From the UHGV virus genome UHGV-0858861: a stretch of DNA of 48,885 bases; one strand, written 5' to 3'. The position numbers were made by a program, and so were the translations under genes. Source of the stretch: a virus. How positions within the stretch are numbered: the stretch's first letter is position 1; each line of letters opens with the position of its first letter. The notes beneath the pieces are model-generated. The model was not told the origin of the DNA. It worked only from the letters and a program-made list of their open reading frames with translations, and made no database searches. This document shows, piece after piece, positions 1-10,629 of this stretch.

Positions 1-55
1 TGTTGAGCGTGAGTTTAGATTATGGGCTGATTCTCCAAATTGTGATGCATCAAGA
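1..55. repeat. exact 55-bp duplicate of an internal portal-gene segment (matches 3923-3977)
   Basis: Bases 1-55 are identical to 3923-3977 inside the portal ORF; sequence diverges immediately afterwards and there is no ORF context at the window edge. Confidence 0.85.
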
Positions 56-300
56 TACGCGCAGAACTTTAACCAATGTAAGGCTGTTTTGATAAAAATC
101 GTTATAAATCATGCAAATACATCCGATCTTTTAACCCAAACACCATCTCAAGATCCTTTTTACTTATAAAAACTTAATAAAATCAGATGATTATGCTGGT
201 TTGTGTGATTTTTTATGAGTAAAAAGATCGTCATTTTTCTCTTTTAGTATCAATAAGTTAAACAGTTTTCTTTAACCTGTTGTGTTATGGCGGTTAAAAA

Positions 301-891
301 ATGGCTCTAAAAATCGAATATTTACCAGTCGGTAAGCTGCTCAGATACGCCAAAAATTCACGAACTCATTCAGATGAGCAGGTTGAACAGTTGGTGAACA
401 GTATCCGTGAGTTCGGTTTCACTAATCCTGTGCTGATCGATGAAAAGAATGAACTGATTGCGGGGCATGGTCGGCTTGCAGCAGCCGAAATTCTGGAAAT
501 GGATAAAGTTCCGGCGATTCGGTTGAGTAACCTTTCTGAAAAACAGAAGAAGGCTTACAGGATTGCAGATAACAAGCTGGCCTTAAATGCTGGCTGGGAT
601 ATGCAGCTTCTGGCCGAAGAAGTCAAAGAGTTAATGGATGATGATTTTGATATTGATCTGCTTGGGTTTAATGATGCAGAGCTTGACGAAATGTTAAGCG
701 ATGAACAGCCGCAGGAAGAAGACGATAATTCTTCCCCTGTTGTTCAAATTAAGTACCTGGCTATTGATAAAGAACGTATTCCCGCGACGGATATGGAAAT
801 TGCATTGTTGCTGGATGTTTATCGTCAGTACCACGACGCGCATGAAACGCATGAGGGATTTGTTCAGTATCTTGCTAATGGTTGCAAGTAA
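301..891 (+). CDS. ParB-like nuclease-domain protein (ParB N-terminal/Srx-like fold)
   Basis: 196-aa ORF with a ParB N-terminal-like motif (LIAGHGRLAAA); directly upstream of the terminase genes; paralogue of the ORF at 46037-46660. Confidence 0.65.
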   Translation: MALKIEYLPVGKLLRYAKNSRTHSDEQVEQLVNSIREFGFTNPVLIDEKNELIAGHGRLAAAEILEMDKVPAIRLSNLSEKQKKAYRIADNKLALNAGWDMQLLAEEVKELMDDDFDIDLLGFNDAELDEMLSDEQPQEEDDNSSPVVQIKYLAIDKERIPATDMEIALLLDVYRQYHDAHETHEGFVQYLANGCK

Positions 892-1442
892 TGGCCATCG
901 TCAGTAAGTCAGAGTTTGCCCGCCGGAAAGGTATTTCTCCGGCAATGGTTACGAAGCTCTGTCGTTCCGGTCGCATTCCAGTGCTGAAAAGCGGCAAGCT
1001 GGATTTTGACAAAGCTAGTGCGGCTTATGAAGCGAGCCGACAGGTTGGTCGTGAGGTATCTGCTGAAAACGGAAAAAGAGGGCATGGGATATCTTCGGAA
1101 CAACCAGAGTTACCCGCTGATGATGCCGGATTAGCTGGTGGTACTTCCGGTGTTGCGGTGCAATTCAACAAGGCTAAGACTGCAGAAAAAATTTATCAGG
1201 CAAAGCTGAAACGCCTTGAATTTGAAGAAAAGGAAGGCTCTCTAATCGCTAAAGATGCGGTCAGGGATGATGCATTTCTGGCAGCTAATGAATTGCGTAG
1301 CCGCTTATTTAGTATTGCTCCAAGAGCAGCTCCCCGTTGTGAAGGCAAAACAGCCAGGGAGATCGAACGCATTATTGAAGACGAGATTAATTTTGCGCTT
1401 CAGGCGCTCCAGGAATCCCGATTTATTAAGCAGGAAGAATAA
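882..1442 (+). CDS. putative terminase small subunit
   Basis: ORF immediately upstream of and coupled to the large terminase; N-terminal HTH-like region; true start probably the ATG at 894 (MAIVSKSEF...). Confidence 0.5.
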   Translation: MQVMAIVSKSEFARRKGISPAMVTKLCRSGRIPVLKSGKLDFDKASAAYEASRQVGREVSAENGKRGHGISSEQPELPADDAGLAGGTSGVAVQFNKAKTAEKIYQAKLKRLEFEEKEGSLIAKDAVRDDAFLAANELRSRLFSIAPRAAPRCEGKTAREIERIIEDEINFALQALQESRFIKQEE

Positions 1443-1447
1443 ACCTC

Positions 1448-3304
1448 ATGGGCGAAACAGTATGGAGCACCGCTTTTTTCCGTGCGCTTCGCCCTAAATC
1501 ACGGCTAACTGTTTCCGAATGGGCTGATAAGTATCGTCATGTAGCGCCGGGAACGTCTCCAGAGCCAGGGCCGTGGCGTACAAGCCGAGTGCCATATTTG
1601 CGTGAACCAATGGATGTTATTGGTGACGCTGATACAGAAACAGTAGTGATGCAATGTAGCTCGCAAATTGGTAAATCCGAATTACAGCTAAATGTTATGG
1701 GTTACTTTGCAGATCAGGAGCCATCTCCTCAGTTGATGATTTATCCAACGGTAGAGGCGGCTGAGGCTTTTTCAAAAGAGCGTATTGATCCGACGTTCAA
1801 ATATTCCCCTGGTTTGAAACACAAGCTGCATGAAGGGAAAGAGGGGCGCGGTGCAGCCAAAAAGTCCAGCACGACTATACGTATGAAGCATTACGCTGGT
1901 GGATATATAGCACTTGTTGGTGCTAATTCCCCAGCAGGTCTTGCATCCAGGCCAATTCGAATACTGTTAGCTGATGAGATTGATCGTTACGGTGTGACGC
2001 AGGAGGGCGACCCACTAAAACTAGGTATTCAGCGTACTACCAACTTTCATAATCGTAAGAAAGTTTTTGTTTCTACTCCTGTTTTGGAGGAAACGAGCAA
2101 AATCCACAAGTGGTTTAAGCTCTCCGATCAGCGTTACTACCATGTTCCTTGCCCATGTTGTGGCACCATGCAGGTGATGAAATGGTCGCAAGTCAGATGG
2201 GATAAGAGCGATTCAGGTGAGGCGTTACCGGAAACGGCCAGATATGAGTGCTGTGAGTGCGGCGGGATTATGCGCGGATCTGGTAAACCAGACGTTGATT
2301 GGTTGGCGAAGGGGGTATGGATAGCTGAACATACTGGAGTTAAAGGTATTGTTGGTTTTCATATTAACAGTCTTTACTCCCCGTGGGTTGCATTGTCAGA
2401 GCTGGTTGAAGAATTTACGGAAGCAACCAGAAACCGCGATAAAAATGGATTAATGGAGTTTATTAACCTTAAGCTGGGTGAGCCATGGAAAGAGGATGCT
2501 AAAGACGATATCGATCCTGAATACTTGTTGCAACGCAGAATAAGGTTTGAAGAGTTTTTACCAGATGATGTTTTATTGTTAAGTGCTGGTGTTGACGTAC
2601 AGGACACGTATTTAGTTTGTGAATTGGTCGGTTGGGGAAAAGGTAAGGAGTCATGGGGGATAGAATATAAAATATTCCCAGGTGATCCCGCACAAGATGT
2701 TGTCTGGAAACAACTTGATGAATACTTACTCCGTAGCTGGTCATTCCGTGACGGTCGAAAATTACAGATTTCTTCCGTTTGTATTGACTCTGGTGGGCAT
2801 TTTACGACAGAGGTATATCGCTTTACTAAGCCGAGAGAATCAAGGCGAATATACTCTATCAGGGGGCGTGGTGGGGTAGGTTTACCATTTATAGGAAAGC
2901 CAAGTAATAATAACCGTGTGGGGGCTATGTTGTTTAATTTGGGGGTTGATGATGGTAAAGGGACCATCATGGCAAGAATTAAACTACATGATCCTGGTCC
3001 TGGTTATATGCATTTCCCATTAGATTCTGACAGAGGATATGATACCGAATACTTTAAAGGATTATTATCAGAGAAAAAAATATTTGAATATAAAAATGGG
3101 CAGACAAAAGAAAAGTGGGTGAAAGTCTACGAGCGTAACGAGCCTCTTGATTGCCGTAACTATGCAACTGCCGCGATGGAAATTCTGAACCCTAATTTTA
3201 ACTGGCTTGCCGAACAGGAAATGCGAGGTAATGTGTATGTGCAGAACTCGTCAGGTATACGTAGAAGACGCCGTAGAGTTATAAGTAAAGGCGTAACAAT
3301 ATAG
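1448..3304 (+). CDS. terminase large subunit (lambda gpA-like)
   Basis: 618-aa ORF; size, position before gpW-like and portal genes, and overall similarity pattern to lambda gpA-family terminases. Confidence 0.8.
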   Translation: MGETVWSTAFFRALRPKSRLTVSEWADKYRHVAPGTSPEPGPWRTSRVPYLREPMDVIGDADTETVVMQCSSQIGKSELQLNVMGYFADQEPSPQLMIYPTVEAAEAFSKERIDPTFKYSPGLKHKLHEGKEGRGAAKKSSTTIRMKHYAGGYIALVGANSPAGLASRPIRILLADEIDRYGVTQEGDPLKLGIQRTTNFHNRKKVFVSTPVLEETSKIHKWFKLSDQRYYHVPCPCCGTMQVMKWSQVRWDKSDSGEALPETARYECCECGGIMRGSGKPDVDWLAKGVWIAEHTGVKGIVGFHINSLYSPWVALSELVEEFTEATRNRDKNGLMEFINLKLGEPWKEDAKDDIDPEYLLQRRIRFEEFLPDDVLLLSAGVDVQDTYLVCELVGWGKGKESWGIEYKIFPGDPAQDVVWKQLDEYLLRSWSFRDGRKLQISSVCIDSGGHFTTEVYRFTKPRESRRIYSIRGRGGVGLPFIGKPSNNNRVGAMLFNLGVDDGKGTIMARIKLHDPGPGYMHFPLDSDRGYDTEYFKGLLSEKKIFEYKNGQTKEKWVKVYERNEPLDCRNYATAAMEILNPNFNWLAEQEMRGNVYVQNSSGIRRRRRRVISKGVTI

Positions 3305-3315
3305 AGGAAATATAA

Positions 3316-3555
3316 ATGAACAATGAAGCATTTTCTCTGACTGAAGCCAGAGAGATGTTATCTGTCTGGCGGGAAGCATATCGCGCTATTGCTATTGGCG
3401 GTCAGTCATATAAATTTGGTACGCGGCAGTTAACTCGTGCGGATTTATCAGAAGTCAGGAAAGAGATGGATTACTGGCGTAATGAAGTAGAAAGATTATC
3501 AGCAGGTATACGCCGAGGCCCACGAATTAAACGAGTGGTGATAAGAGATTTATGA
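3316..3555 (+). CDS. head-tail joining protein (gpW-like)
   Basis: 79-aa ORF between terminase and portal, the canonical gpW position in lambda-type head modules. Confidence 0.55.
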   Translation: MNNEAFSLTEAREMLSVWREAYRAIAIGGQSYKFGTRQLTRADLSEVRKEMDYWRNEVERLSAGIRRGPRIKRVVIRDL

Positions 3556-5126
3556 ATATTCTTGATCGAGTTATTGCGCCGTTTTCACCTCAGAGGGCAT
3601 TAAATCGAGCTTTGGCAAGAAAACGGTTAGAGGCACTTGAAGGTATTAATAACCTTGGATATTCACGTCATGGTGCAAGCACTCATAAAAAATCATTAAG
3701 GGGTTGGTTTAGTAAAGCTGGTTCTCCTGATGATGATATTGTTAAAAATATAGATAAATTGCGTGAGCGTTCTCGTGATCTCTTCATGGGAAACCCGCTA
3801 TCGGTTGGCGCAATAAAAACTATCAGGACCAACGTTGTTGGTTCCGGTTTAAAACTAAATGCGAACATTGATGCCGATTTCTTGGGGATGACGCAGGAAG
3901 AAGCGCGAGCATGGGAAAAGCATGTTGAGCGTGAGTTTAGATTATGGGCTGATTCTCCAAATTGTGATGCATCAAGAATGTGTACTTTTGGACAATTGCA
4001 ATCATTGGTCCAAATATCTGCGTTAACATCTGGCGATATATTTGCTGCGCTACCAGTTATTAAGCGTAAGGGTGTTATATATGATTTGTGCGTCTATTTA
4101 ATTGAAGGTGATCGTGTTTGCAATCCAGAGGATCGTTTTATACCAAATCTTTACGGTGGCGTAGAGGTTGGTGAATTTAGCGAGCCTGTGGCGTACTGGG
4201 TTGCAAAACATCACCCAGCCGGGACTTCTGGTTTTGTAACCCGCAAGTGGGAACGTATTCCCGCATATGGGAGTAAAACAGGAAGAAGAAATATTCTGCA
4301 TGTCATGCAGGATTTTGAAAGGCCTGGGCAACGCCGTGGCGTTCCTGTCCTTGCTCCTGTAATTGAAGCATTGAAGCAGTTAGGACGATACACCGATGCT
4401 GAATTGGTTGCTGCGGTTGTGTCAGGGATGTTTACTGTCTTTATTAAAACAGACGCTCCTGATGGACCAGTCGGTGAATCGGGTATCCCTCAGTACGAGC
4501 AGATCGATAACCATGATGATAATACCCAAGAAATGGGGAATGGCTCCATAGTAAGTTTGGGTGAAGGTGAGTCGATAGATACAGCAAATCCCGGGCGACC
4601 AAATACGGCATTTGATGGTTTTGTTGTCGCCATATGCCGTCAAATTGGGGCTGCTTTAGAACTCCCTTACGAACTCTTGGTAAAGCATTTTACAGCAAGT
4701 TATAGCGCAAGCAGGGCCGCATTACTTGAAGCTTGGAAAATGTTCCGTATGCGACGTGACTGGATGGTTCAGTCATTTTGCCAACCGATCTATGAGGAAT
4801 GGTTGGCCGAAGCCGTGGCTAAAGGTCGTGTTATTGCCCCTGGTTTTTTTTATGGGCCTGAATATCGCGCTGCATGGAGTGGCGCTCAATGGTATGGCCC
4901 ATCACAAGGCCAATTAGATCCCCTTAAAGAAGTCAAAGCTGCAAAACTGCGTGTTGAGGAAACATTCTCTACCCGTGAAAAGGAAGCGGCTGAAATGTCA
5001 GGTCTTAACTGGGAAGAAACCGCACAAATTTGTGGCAGAGAAGAGAATGCTCGCCGTGAGTTGGGGCTTATTAATCCTCCTGTTTCTGAGGTAAATGAAC
5101 AAAATATGGAGACTGATGATGCCTAA
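3552..5126 (+). CDS. portal protein (lambda gpB family)
   Basis: 524-aa ORF following gpW-like gene; size and synteny of lambda-family portal. Confidence 0.8.
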   Translation: MNILDRVIAPFSPQRALNRALARKRLEALEGINNLGYSRHGASTHKKSLRGWFSKAGSPDDDIVKNIDKLRERSRDLFMGNPLSVGAIKTIRTNVVGSGLKLNANIDADFLGMTQEEARAWEKHVEREFRLWADSPNCDASRMCTFGQLQSLVQISALTSGDIFAALPVIKRKGVIYDLCVYLIEGDRVCNPEDRFIPNLYGGVEVGEFSEPVAYWVAKHHPAGTSGFVTRKWERIPAYGSKTGRRNILHVMQDFERPGQRRGVPVLAPVIEALKQLGRYTDAELVAAVVSGMFTVFIKTDAPDGPVGESGIPQYEQIDNHDDNTQEMGNGSIVSLGEGESIDTANPGRPNTAFDGFVVAICRQIGAALELPYELLVKHFTASYSASRAALLEAWKMFRMRRDWMVQSFCQPIYEEWLAEAVAKGRVIAPGFFYGPEYRAAWSGAQWYGPSQGQLDPLKEVKAAKLRVEETFSTREKEAAEMSGLNWEETAQICGREENARRELGLINPPVSEVNEQNMETDDA

Positions 5127-6183
5127 TTGGTGGGAAATAAAAAATAGCACGGGTGAAGATGACACTCCGGCTGAGCTTTTAATATACGGGTATATTGGTG
5201 AATTTGATGAGGTTTCTTCTTCTGACATAGTTAATAAATTAAAGGATATTTCATCAAATGCTATCAACGTAAAAATTAATAGTTATGGTGGTTCTGTTTT
5301 TACAGCTCAAGCTATTCTTTCTTCATTAAAACGTCATAAGGCTAATATTACAGTTTATATTGATGGTATTGCTGCATCGGCTGCAACCATTATTGCAATG
5401 GCAGGTGATAAAGTTGTTATCCCATCTAATGCTATGATGATGATCCATAATCCGTGGACATGGGCAATGGGGGATGCGGATGAATTGCGTGATATTGCTG
5501 AGATGATGGATAAGATACGAAATAGTATTTTATCTGCATATAAGGAGAAGACAGGACTTTCTGAAGATAAGTTAATTGAACTAATGGATCAGGAAACTTG
5601 GCTAAATGCAGAAGAAGCTGTTGAGCTTGGGTTTGCTGACGAAGTTGAAAAACCAATGCGTTTATCCGCTTCTATAAAGGAAGGGATGCTTTCGCTCAAT
5701 GGAATAACTTTTGAAGCATCAAGGTTTTCAAAATTACCTGATTCGCTCGCAAAGTTGCCACAAAATAAAAATGAATTATCTACTGAATTAAATGAACAAA
5801 CCGAGGACGATGTTGTGACTCTTGATGAATTAAAAAATAAACATCCAGAATTATACAATCAGGTTTTTAATGCTGGTAAAGACGAGGGCGTTAAATCAGA
5901 ACGTGAGCGCATTGAAACAATCGAGAATAGCGTGATTCCAGGTCATGACGACCTGGTTAAGAATGCAAAATTCAAAACGGGAGTTTCTGCGGCTGAACTT
6001 GCTTTGGAAATTATGAATGCAGAGCGAGCGCGTAACAAAAACTTTCTTAATCAACGGCAAGAAGACGCAAATGAGGTGAATGATTCAGTTGATGTTAATC
6101 AACCAGAAAACAACGGCGATAAACAAGCTGAAGTAGTAAAAAATGTTATTGGGTCAGTATTTAAAAACCGCGATAAAAATTAA
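5095..6183 (+). CDS. head maturation protease with scaffold-like C-terminus (ClpP/S49-like)
   Basis: 362-aa ORF; N-terminal ClpP-like serine protease motifs (NSYGGSV..., GIAASAATIIAMAGD), acidic C-terminal tail; position after portal. Confidence 0.7.
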   Translation: MNKIWRLMMPNWWEIKNSTGEDDTPAELLIYGYIGEFDEVSSSDIVNKLKDISSNAINVKINSYGGSVFTAQAILSSLKRHKANITVYIDGIAASAATIIAMAGDKVVIPSNAMMMIHNPWTWAMGDADELRDIAEMMDKIRNSILSAYKEKTGLSEDKLIELMDQETWLNAEEAVELGFADEVEKPMRLSASIKEGMLSLNGITFEASRFSKLPDSLAKLPQNKNELSTELNEQTEDDVVTLDELKNKHPELYNQVFNAGKDEGVKSERERIETIENSVIPGHDDLVKNAKFKTGVSAAELALEIMNAERARNKNFLNQRQEDANEVNDSVDVNQPENNGDKQAEVVKNVIGSVFKNRDKN

Positions 6184-6192
6184 GGTGAGTTT

Positions 6193-6576
6193 ATGCGAGA
6201 GTCTTTTTCATTTGAACCAGATAATCTGATTATTTCTGGTGGTATGCCAGCAATTACAACAAGTATTAAACTTGCCAGCGGTAAAGTAAATCGAGGTGAG
6301 TTGCTTGCTTTTGTCAGTATTGATCAGACAACAAATGTTGTCACTGTAGCACCAATAAATCTCTCTGGTGAGGGGGTGGCAAAAGAACCGTATTGTATCG
6401 CTCAACACAGTATTGATGCGACTGATTCAGCGCAAGTTGGAACAGCATGGCTGACCGGAATGTTCAATGCACATGCGGTTATCCTTCCTGAATCAGCAAA
6501 GATTGCCGATGTATATCTGGCTTGCCGGAAGGTTGGGATATTCCTTAACACCGCACAACAAAATCCATCTGCATAA
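6193..6576 (+). CDS. head decoration protein (gpD-like)
   Basis: 127-aa ORF between protease and major capsid gene, canonical gpD position. Confidence 0.6.
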   Translation: MRESFSFEPDNLIISGGMPAITTSIKLASGKVNRGELLAFVSIDQTTNVVTVAPINLSGEGVAKEPYCIAQHSIDATDSAQVGTAWLTGMFNAHAVILPESAKIADVYLACRKVGIFLNTAQQNPSA

Positions 6577-6596
6577 TATAAAGAGGTCGTATTTTT

Positions 6597-7640
6597 ATGC
6601 CGAATATTGATATTTTTGAACGACGTACAATGCTTGAGCCTGTTATTCAGAATTTCAAGGCTCGTCGTTTTCTTCTTCGTACCTTTTTTCCTGGTGTTCA
6701 GACCTTTAATACAAAGAAAGTTGATCTGGATTTTGTTCGCGGTGGCCGTACTATGGCTCCGTTTGTTGGTAAAGGTTTTGGCTCAAAAACCGTTGAGCGA
6801 CGCGGCTTTGTAACGAGAACTCTGGAGCCACCACTTGTTGCACCTGATTTGGTAACAACAGCAGAGCTGCTTTTAAACAGGCTTCCGGGTGAGAATATTT
6901 ACAACGCAAAATCGCCAGCAGAACGAGCTGCCGAGCAATTAGGTAAAGATTTGCTTGAGCTTGATGAAATGGTTAACCGCCGTGAAGAATGGATGTGTGC
7001 ACAAGTCTTGTTTACGGGGCAGGTTGATATTGTTGGTGAAGGTGTGGATGACACAGTTTATTTTTGGCCTGAAGAGGAAGGAGATAAACCATATCTTGAA
7101 CTGACAGGTGATGATTTATGGAGTGCAGCAAAATCAGATCCGTTGGTCAATGTTCGCAACTGGAAACGTCGGGTATCACTAACTTCAGGTTTTACACCTC
7201 GTGTTGCCGTAATGGGCGCAAAAGTTGTTGATGCTTTCGTTAAAAATGAAGCAGTAACTAAATATCTTGATAATCGCCGAAAAGAGCTTGGGTATATTGA
7301 GCCTAAGGAGTTAGAAGAAGGCGTAACTCATTATGGCAATCTTGAAGGTGTCGATTTTTATGGTTACGACGAACTTATTCGCAATGATAAAACAGGAAAA
7401 CCAGAACCATTAGTACCGGAAGATAAGATCCTCTTTGGCTCTCCTGGTCGAGGAACGATGCTGTATGGTGCTGTAGAGCTTGTAGATGACGCCGAAAAGA
7501 CTCTAACGATTGTTGAGTCACCACGAGTTCCAGACACCTGGGTAACTCGTAAGCCGGCTGGCCGTTATGTTGCCATGAAGTCATCTCCACTGCCTAATCC
7601 TGGTGTGGCTGATGCCTATCTGGTGGCTAAGGTGGTTTAA
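6597..7640 (+). CDS. major capsid protein (lambda gpE family)
   Basis: 347-aa ORF, size and synteny after decoration protein. Confidence 0.8.
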   Translation: MPNIDIFERRTMLEPVIQNFKARRFLLRTFFPGVQTFNTKKVDLDFVRGGRTMAPFVGKGFGSKTVERRGFVTRTLEPPLVAPDLVTTAELLLNRLPGENIYNAKSPAERAAEQLGKDLLELDEMVNRREEWMCAQVLFTGQVDIVGEGVDDTVYFWPEEEGDKPYLELTGDDLWSAAKSDPLVNVRNWKRRVSLTSGFTPRVAVMGAKVVDAFVKNEAVTKYLDNRRKELGYIEPKELEEGVTHYGNLEGVDFYGYDELIRNDKTGKPEPLVPEDKILFGSPGRGTMLYGAVELVDDAEKTLTIVESPRVPDTWVTRKPAGRYVAMKSSPLPNPGVADAYLVAKVV

Positions 7641-8033
7641 ATGGCCAGACTGATTAAAAACATTGATACGATAAGCCACGGCTCGCTAAAAGCGGGCCGT
7701 TTGCTTAATGGGCTAATGGATAACTCCAGAATTGCCGAACTGATTGCGTCAGGACATGCTATTGCCACCGAAGAGGATGGTGATTTGGCATCGGCTGGGG
7801 GCTATGATGCTGCTAAGTTAGCTTTTGAGCATGGATACGCATCTGCTGTTAATGATGCTGTGGACGCGGGGTTGATTACGCGAACGGAGGCGGGTAGCTG
7901 TGTATTCGAGGTTGAGTTTGAGGATGATGGCGGCAATGAGGAAACGGTTGCTGATGATTCATCTGAATCTGTAGCTACTTCTGATACCAGTAATGCGAAA
8001 AAATCAACGCAAAAAAAAGGTAATAAGAAGTAA
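7641..8033 (+). CDS. hypothetical head-associated protein
   Basis: 130-aa ORF tightly coupled to capsid gene; acidic, Lys-rich C-terminus. Confidence 0.35.
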   Translation: MARLIKNIDTISHGSLKAGRLLNGLMDNSRIAELIASGHAIATEEDGDLASAGGYDAAKLAFEHGYASAVNDAVDAGLITRTEAGSCVFEVEFEDDGGNEETVADDSSESVATSDTSNAKKSTQKKGNKK

Positions 8034-8377
8034 TGAACTCCTTCAAAGAGGTTATAGCGCAAGATATTTCTGCAATATTCCTCAATGAAAAAGAGTTTGC
8101 CGATACATATAACATAGACGGCAAGGATATCCTTGCCGTTATTGATACAGACCTTATTCATGAGCGGAATAAACGCTCATATGCTGAGTTTGCAGAGGGA
8201 ATAAATCAGGGGCAAATAATATTATTTGTTTCAAGAAAAGATTTTCCTGTTCTCCCTGTCAAAGACCAGTCAATGAAAATCAACGGTAAAAATTATATTG
8301 TTGATGAAGTATCAGATAATGTTGGTGTATTGGAAATAACTCTCACTGTTAATACTAACAGAGGAATGCCGATTTGA
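8033..8377 (+). CDS. putative head-tail connector/adaptor protein
   Basis: 114-aa ORF with overlapping start/stop in the head-to-tail junction region. Confidence 0.35.
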   Translation: MNSFKEVIAQDISAIFLNEKEFADTYNIDGKDILAVIDTDLIHERNKRSYAEFAEGINQGQIILFVSRKDFPVLPVKDQSMKINGKNYIVDEVSDNVGVLEITLTVNTNRGMPI

Positions 8378-8859
8378 TTAATCTTTTGATAGATGCAATA
8401 AAAAATCGGTTGGAACATGAGGTTTTCCATGATTTATTAGTGCAGGGACCTCCTTATGATGAAACAGACAGCGATATTAAATTGTTTGTTCCAACAATAT
8501 TTAAAGGGTACTTGCCTCCTAAATCACAACCATCTCCAGATAAACCGCCAGAATTTCCTCATGTGATTATCAGGCCCACGGAAGGAGGAATGCAGCCTGA
8601 AACGGATGAAGTTAAGGTTAAGTTTCTTCTAGGTGGTTTTTGTGAGGACCATACTGGATATGAATGGGTAATGGCTCTTCTTGAAAGGATGATGTTTCAT
8701 TTTCAGGAGAAGCCTTTACTTGAAGAGAAATTTCTCTTTCAGGGCGATATCAGATGGCGAATGTTTGATGATCAACCGTATCCATATTGGATAACGGAAG
8801 CAACTGGAACGTGGATAGTATTAAAGCCTCAGAATATTCAGTCTCAGGAGTTTATCTAA
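8374..8859 (+). CDS. putative tail completion / head-tail joining protein
   Basis: 161-aa ORF, translationally coupled, between head and tail sheath genes. Confidence 0.35.
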   Translation: MINLLIDAIKNRLEHEVFHDLLVQGPPYDETDSDIKLFVPTIFKGYLPPKSQPSPDKPPEFPHVIIRPTEGGMQPETDEVKVKFLLGGFCEDHTGYEWVMALLERMMFHFQEKPLLEEKFLFQGDIRWRMFDDQPYPYWITEATGTWIVLKPQNIQSQEFI

Positions 8860-9150
8860 ATGGCAAATAAGAAAAGTAGTAAAGAAGATATAGAAAAGAA
8901 GGAAGATGTTGCTCAAACATTTGTATATATAGGACCAACAATCCCTCAACTCTCAATTTTGAAGCATAAACTATTTAAGAATGGCTTATCTCCAGAGTGT
9001 AAAAAATTAATATCACATATTCCTGGTGCAAAGTGTTTGTTTGTGGCAACCAGTGATTTTGCAGATGCAGAGAAAAGACTTTCTGATAAAACCAGTGTCG
9101 AGTATGTAATGTACTCTAGAGTTTCTTCTTCTATCATGGAGATTAAATAA
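8860..9150 (+). CDS. hypothetical virion-module protein
   Basis: 96-aa ORF immediately upstream of tail sheath gene. Confidence 0.3.
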   Translation: MANKKSSKEDIEKKEDVAQTFVYIGPTIPQLSILKHKLFKNGLSPECKKLISHIPGAKCLFVATSDFADAEKRLSDKTSVEYVMYSRVSSSIMEIK

Positions 9151-10613
9151 TGGGATATCGCCACGGTATTTATATATCTGAACTGGCTACATCTATAACT
9201 CCTCCAGTGCAAGTTAGTGCTGGGTTGATTGTCGCATTTGGTACGGCTCCTGTTAATCAGTTAGAAGATCCAGCCTCAGCGGTAAATAAACCTATCATTG
9301 CTTATACATACGCAGAGGCCGTATCTAAAATAGGATATAGCACAAACTTCGAGAAATATACTTTAAGCGAAGTAATTAAAGTCGCATTTGGAATATATGG
9401 TGTTGCGCCAGTTGTATTTATCAATGTGCTTGATCCAGCAAAGCATAAGAAAGACGTTACTGATGAGTTAGTAAAACTTTCTGGCGGGAAAGGTACGCTC
9501 TCTAACGATGGTGTCTTATATAAATCTGTTGTTGTGAAAAAAGCAGATGGTGATTCGCCTGGGTTAACGGTTGATACCGATTATGTGCTGGCGCTGGATG
9601 ATAATGGCTATACGGTCATTACAGCTATTAGCGGAGGAAAAATTACCGAAAAAGACGCTACTCTTAAGGTTAGTTATACGCATCTTGATCCCGGTGCCGT
9701 AACTAAAAATGACATTATCGGTGGTGTGGATTCCAACACTAAAGCCAATACAGGACTTGAGTTACTGTCAGATGTGTATCCCCGCTTCAAGTTAGTTCCT
9801 GGACAAGTGATTGCACCTGGATTTAGTTCTGATAGTGAAGTTGGTCAGCTAATGGCGGCTAAAGCCGCGCTGATTAGTGAATTGTTCAAAGCAGAAGCTA
9901 TAACGGATGCGCCGACCGATAAATCTACTATCAGTGATTACTCGGCTGTTCCTGAATGGAAACAGAACAATAATCACATGGCCGCTAACCAGACAGTGTG
10001 CTGGCCGATGGTGAAACTTGGTGACAATATTTACCATCACTCAACCCATTTAGCGGCCGCAACATGCTTGCTGGATAGTCAGTATGGTGATATTCCATCA
10101 CGTTCTCCGTCAAATATAAAAATACAGATGGACGGTGCTGTACGTAAAGATGGCAGTGAAGTATGGCTTAACATTAGCCAGGCAAACTACTTAAATGGAC
10201 AGGGGATTGTAACAAGCCTTAATTTTGATGGTTGGAAATCATGGGGAAACCGTAATGCTATTTATCCAACATCTACAGACCCCAAAGACGCATTTCGTGT
10301 TTGCCGACGTATGTTTAACTGGGTGGGTAATACGTTAATTCTTTCGCATTGGTCAAAAATAGACAATCCTGCAAACCGTCGATTAATTGAATCGATTGTT
10401 ACAAGTGCGAATATTTGGCTTAACGGCCTCACAGGTAATCAGGATATTGCAGGTGGTGTTGTTACCTTTGATCAGTCTGAAAACACGATTACGTCATTAA
10501 TGGACGGGATTGTTAAATTCCATGTAAAAATGACACCATTCTCACCTGCCAGAGATATTGAGTTCGTCATGGAATATAATCCTGATTATCTGCTGAACTT
10601 GTTTTCTGAATAA
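9150..10613 (+). CDS. tail sheath protein (P2 FI-like)
   Basis: 487-aa ORF; N-terminus follows the P2 FI-type pattern (YRHGIYISE...NKPIIAY); followed by tube and frameshifted chaperone. Confidence 0.75.
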   Translation: MGYRHGIYISELATSITPPVQVSAGLIVAFGTAPVNQLEDPASAVNKPIIAYTYAEAVSKIGYSTNFEKYTLSEVIKVAFGIYGVAPVVFINVLDPAKHKKDVTDELVKLSGGKGTLSNDGVLYKSVVVKKADGDSPGLTVDTDYVLALDDNGYTVITAISGGKITEKDATLKVSYTHLDPGAVTKNDIIGGVDSNTKANTGLELLSDVYPRFKLVPGQVIAPGFSSDSEVGQLMAAKAALISELFKAEAITDAPTDKSTISDYSAVPEWKQNNNHMAANQTVCWPMVKLGDNIYHHSTHLAAATCLLDSQYGDIPSRSPSNIKIQMDGAVRKDGSEVWLNISQANYLNGQGIVTSLNFDGWKSWGNRNAIYPTSTDPKDAFRVCRRMFNWVGNTLILSHWSKIDNPANRRLIESIVTSANIWLNGLTGNQDIAGGVVTFDQSENTITSLMDGIVKFHVKMTPFSPARDIEFVMEYNPDYLLNLFSE

Positions 10614-10629
10614 ATAATAGGAGGTTGCT

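Noticed and set aside
2374-2970. Minus-strand ORFs of 60-200 aa overlapping the terminase, portal, tape measure and other structural genes (e.g. 2374-2970, 11694-11999, 12760-13011, 18285-18617, 19734-20024)
   Set aside because: Fully embedded antisense in long, well-supported structural ORFs, with low-complexity or Ser/Pro/Cys-rich translations and no RBS context; treated as shadow ORFs.
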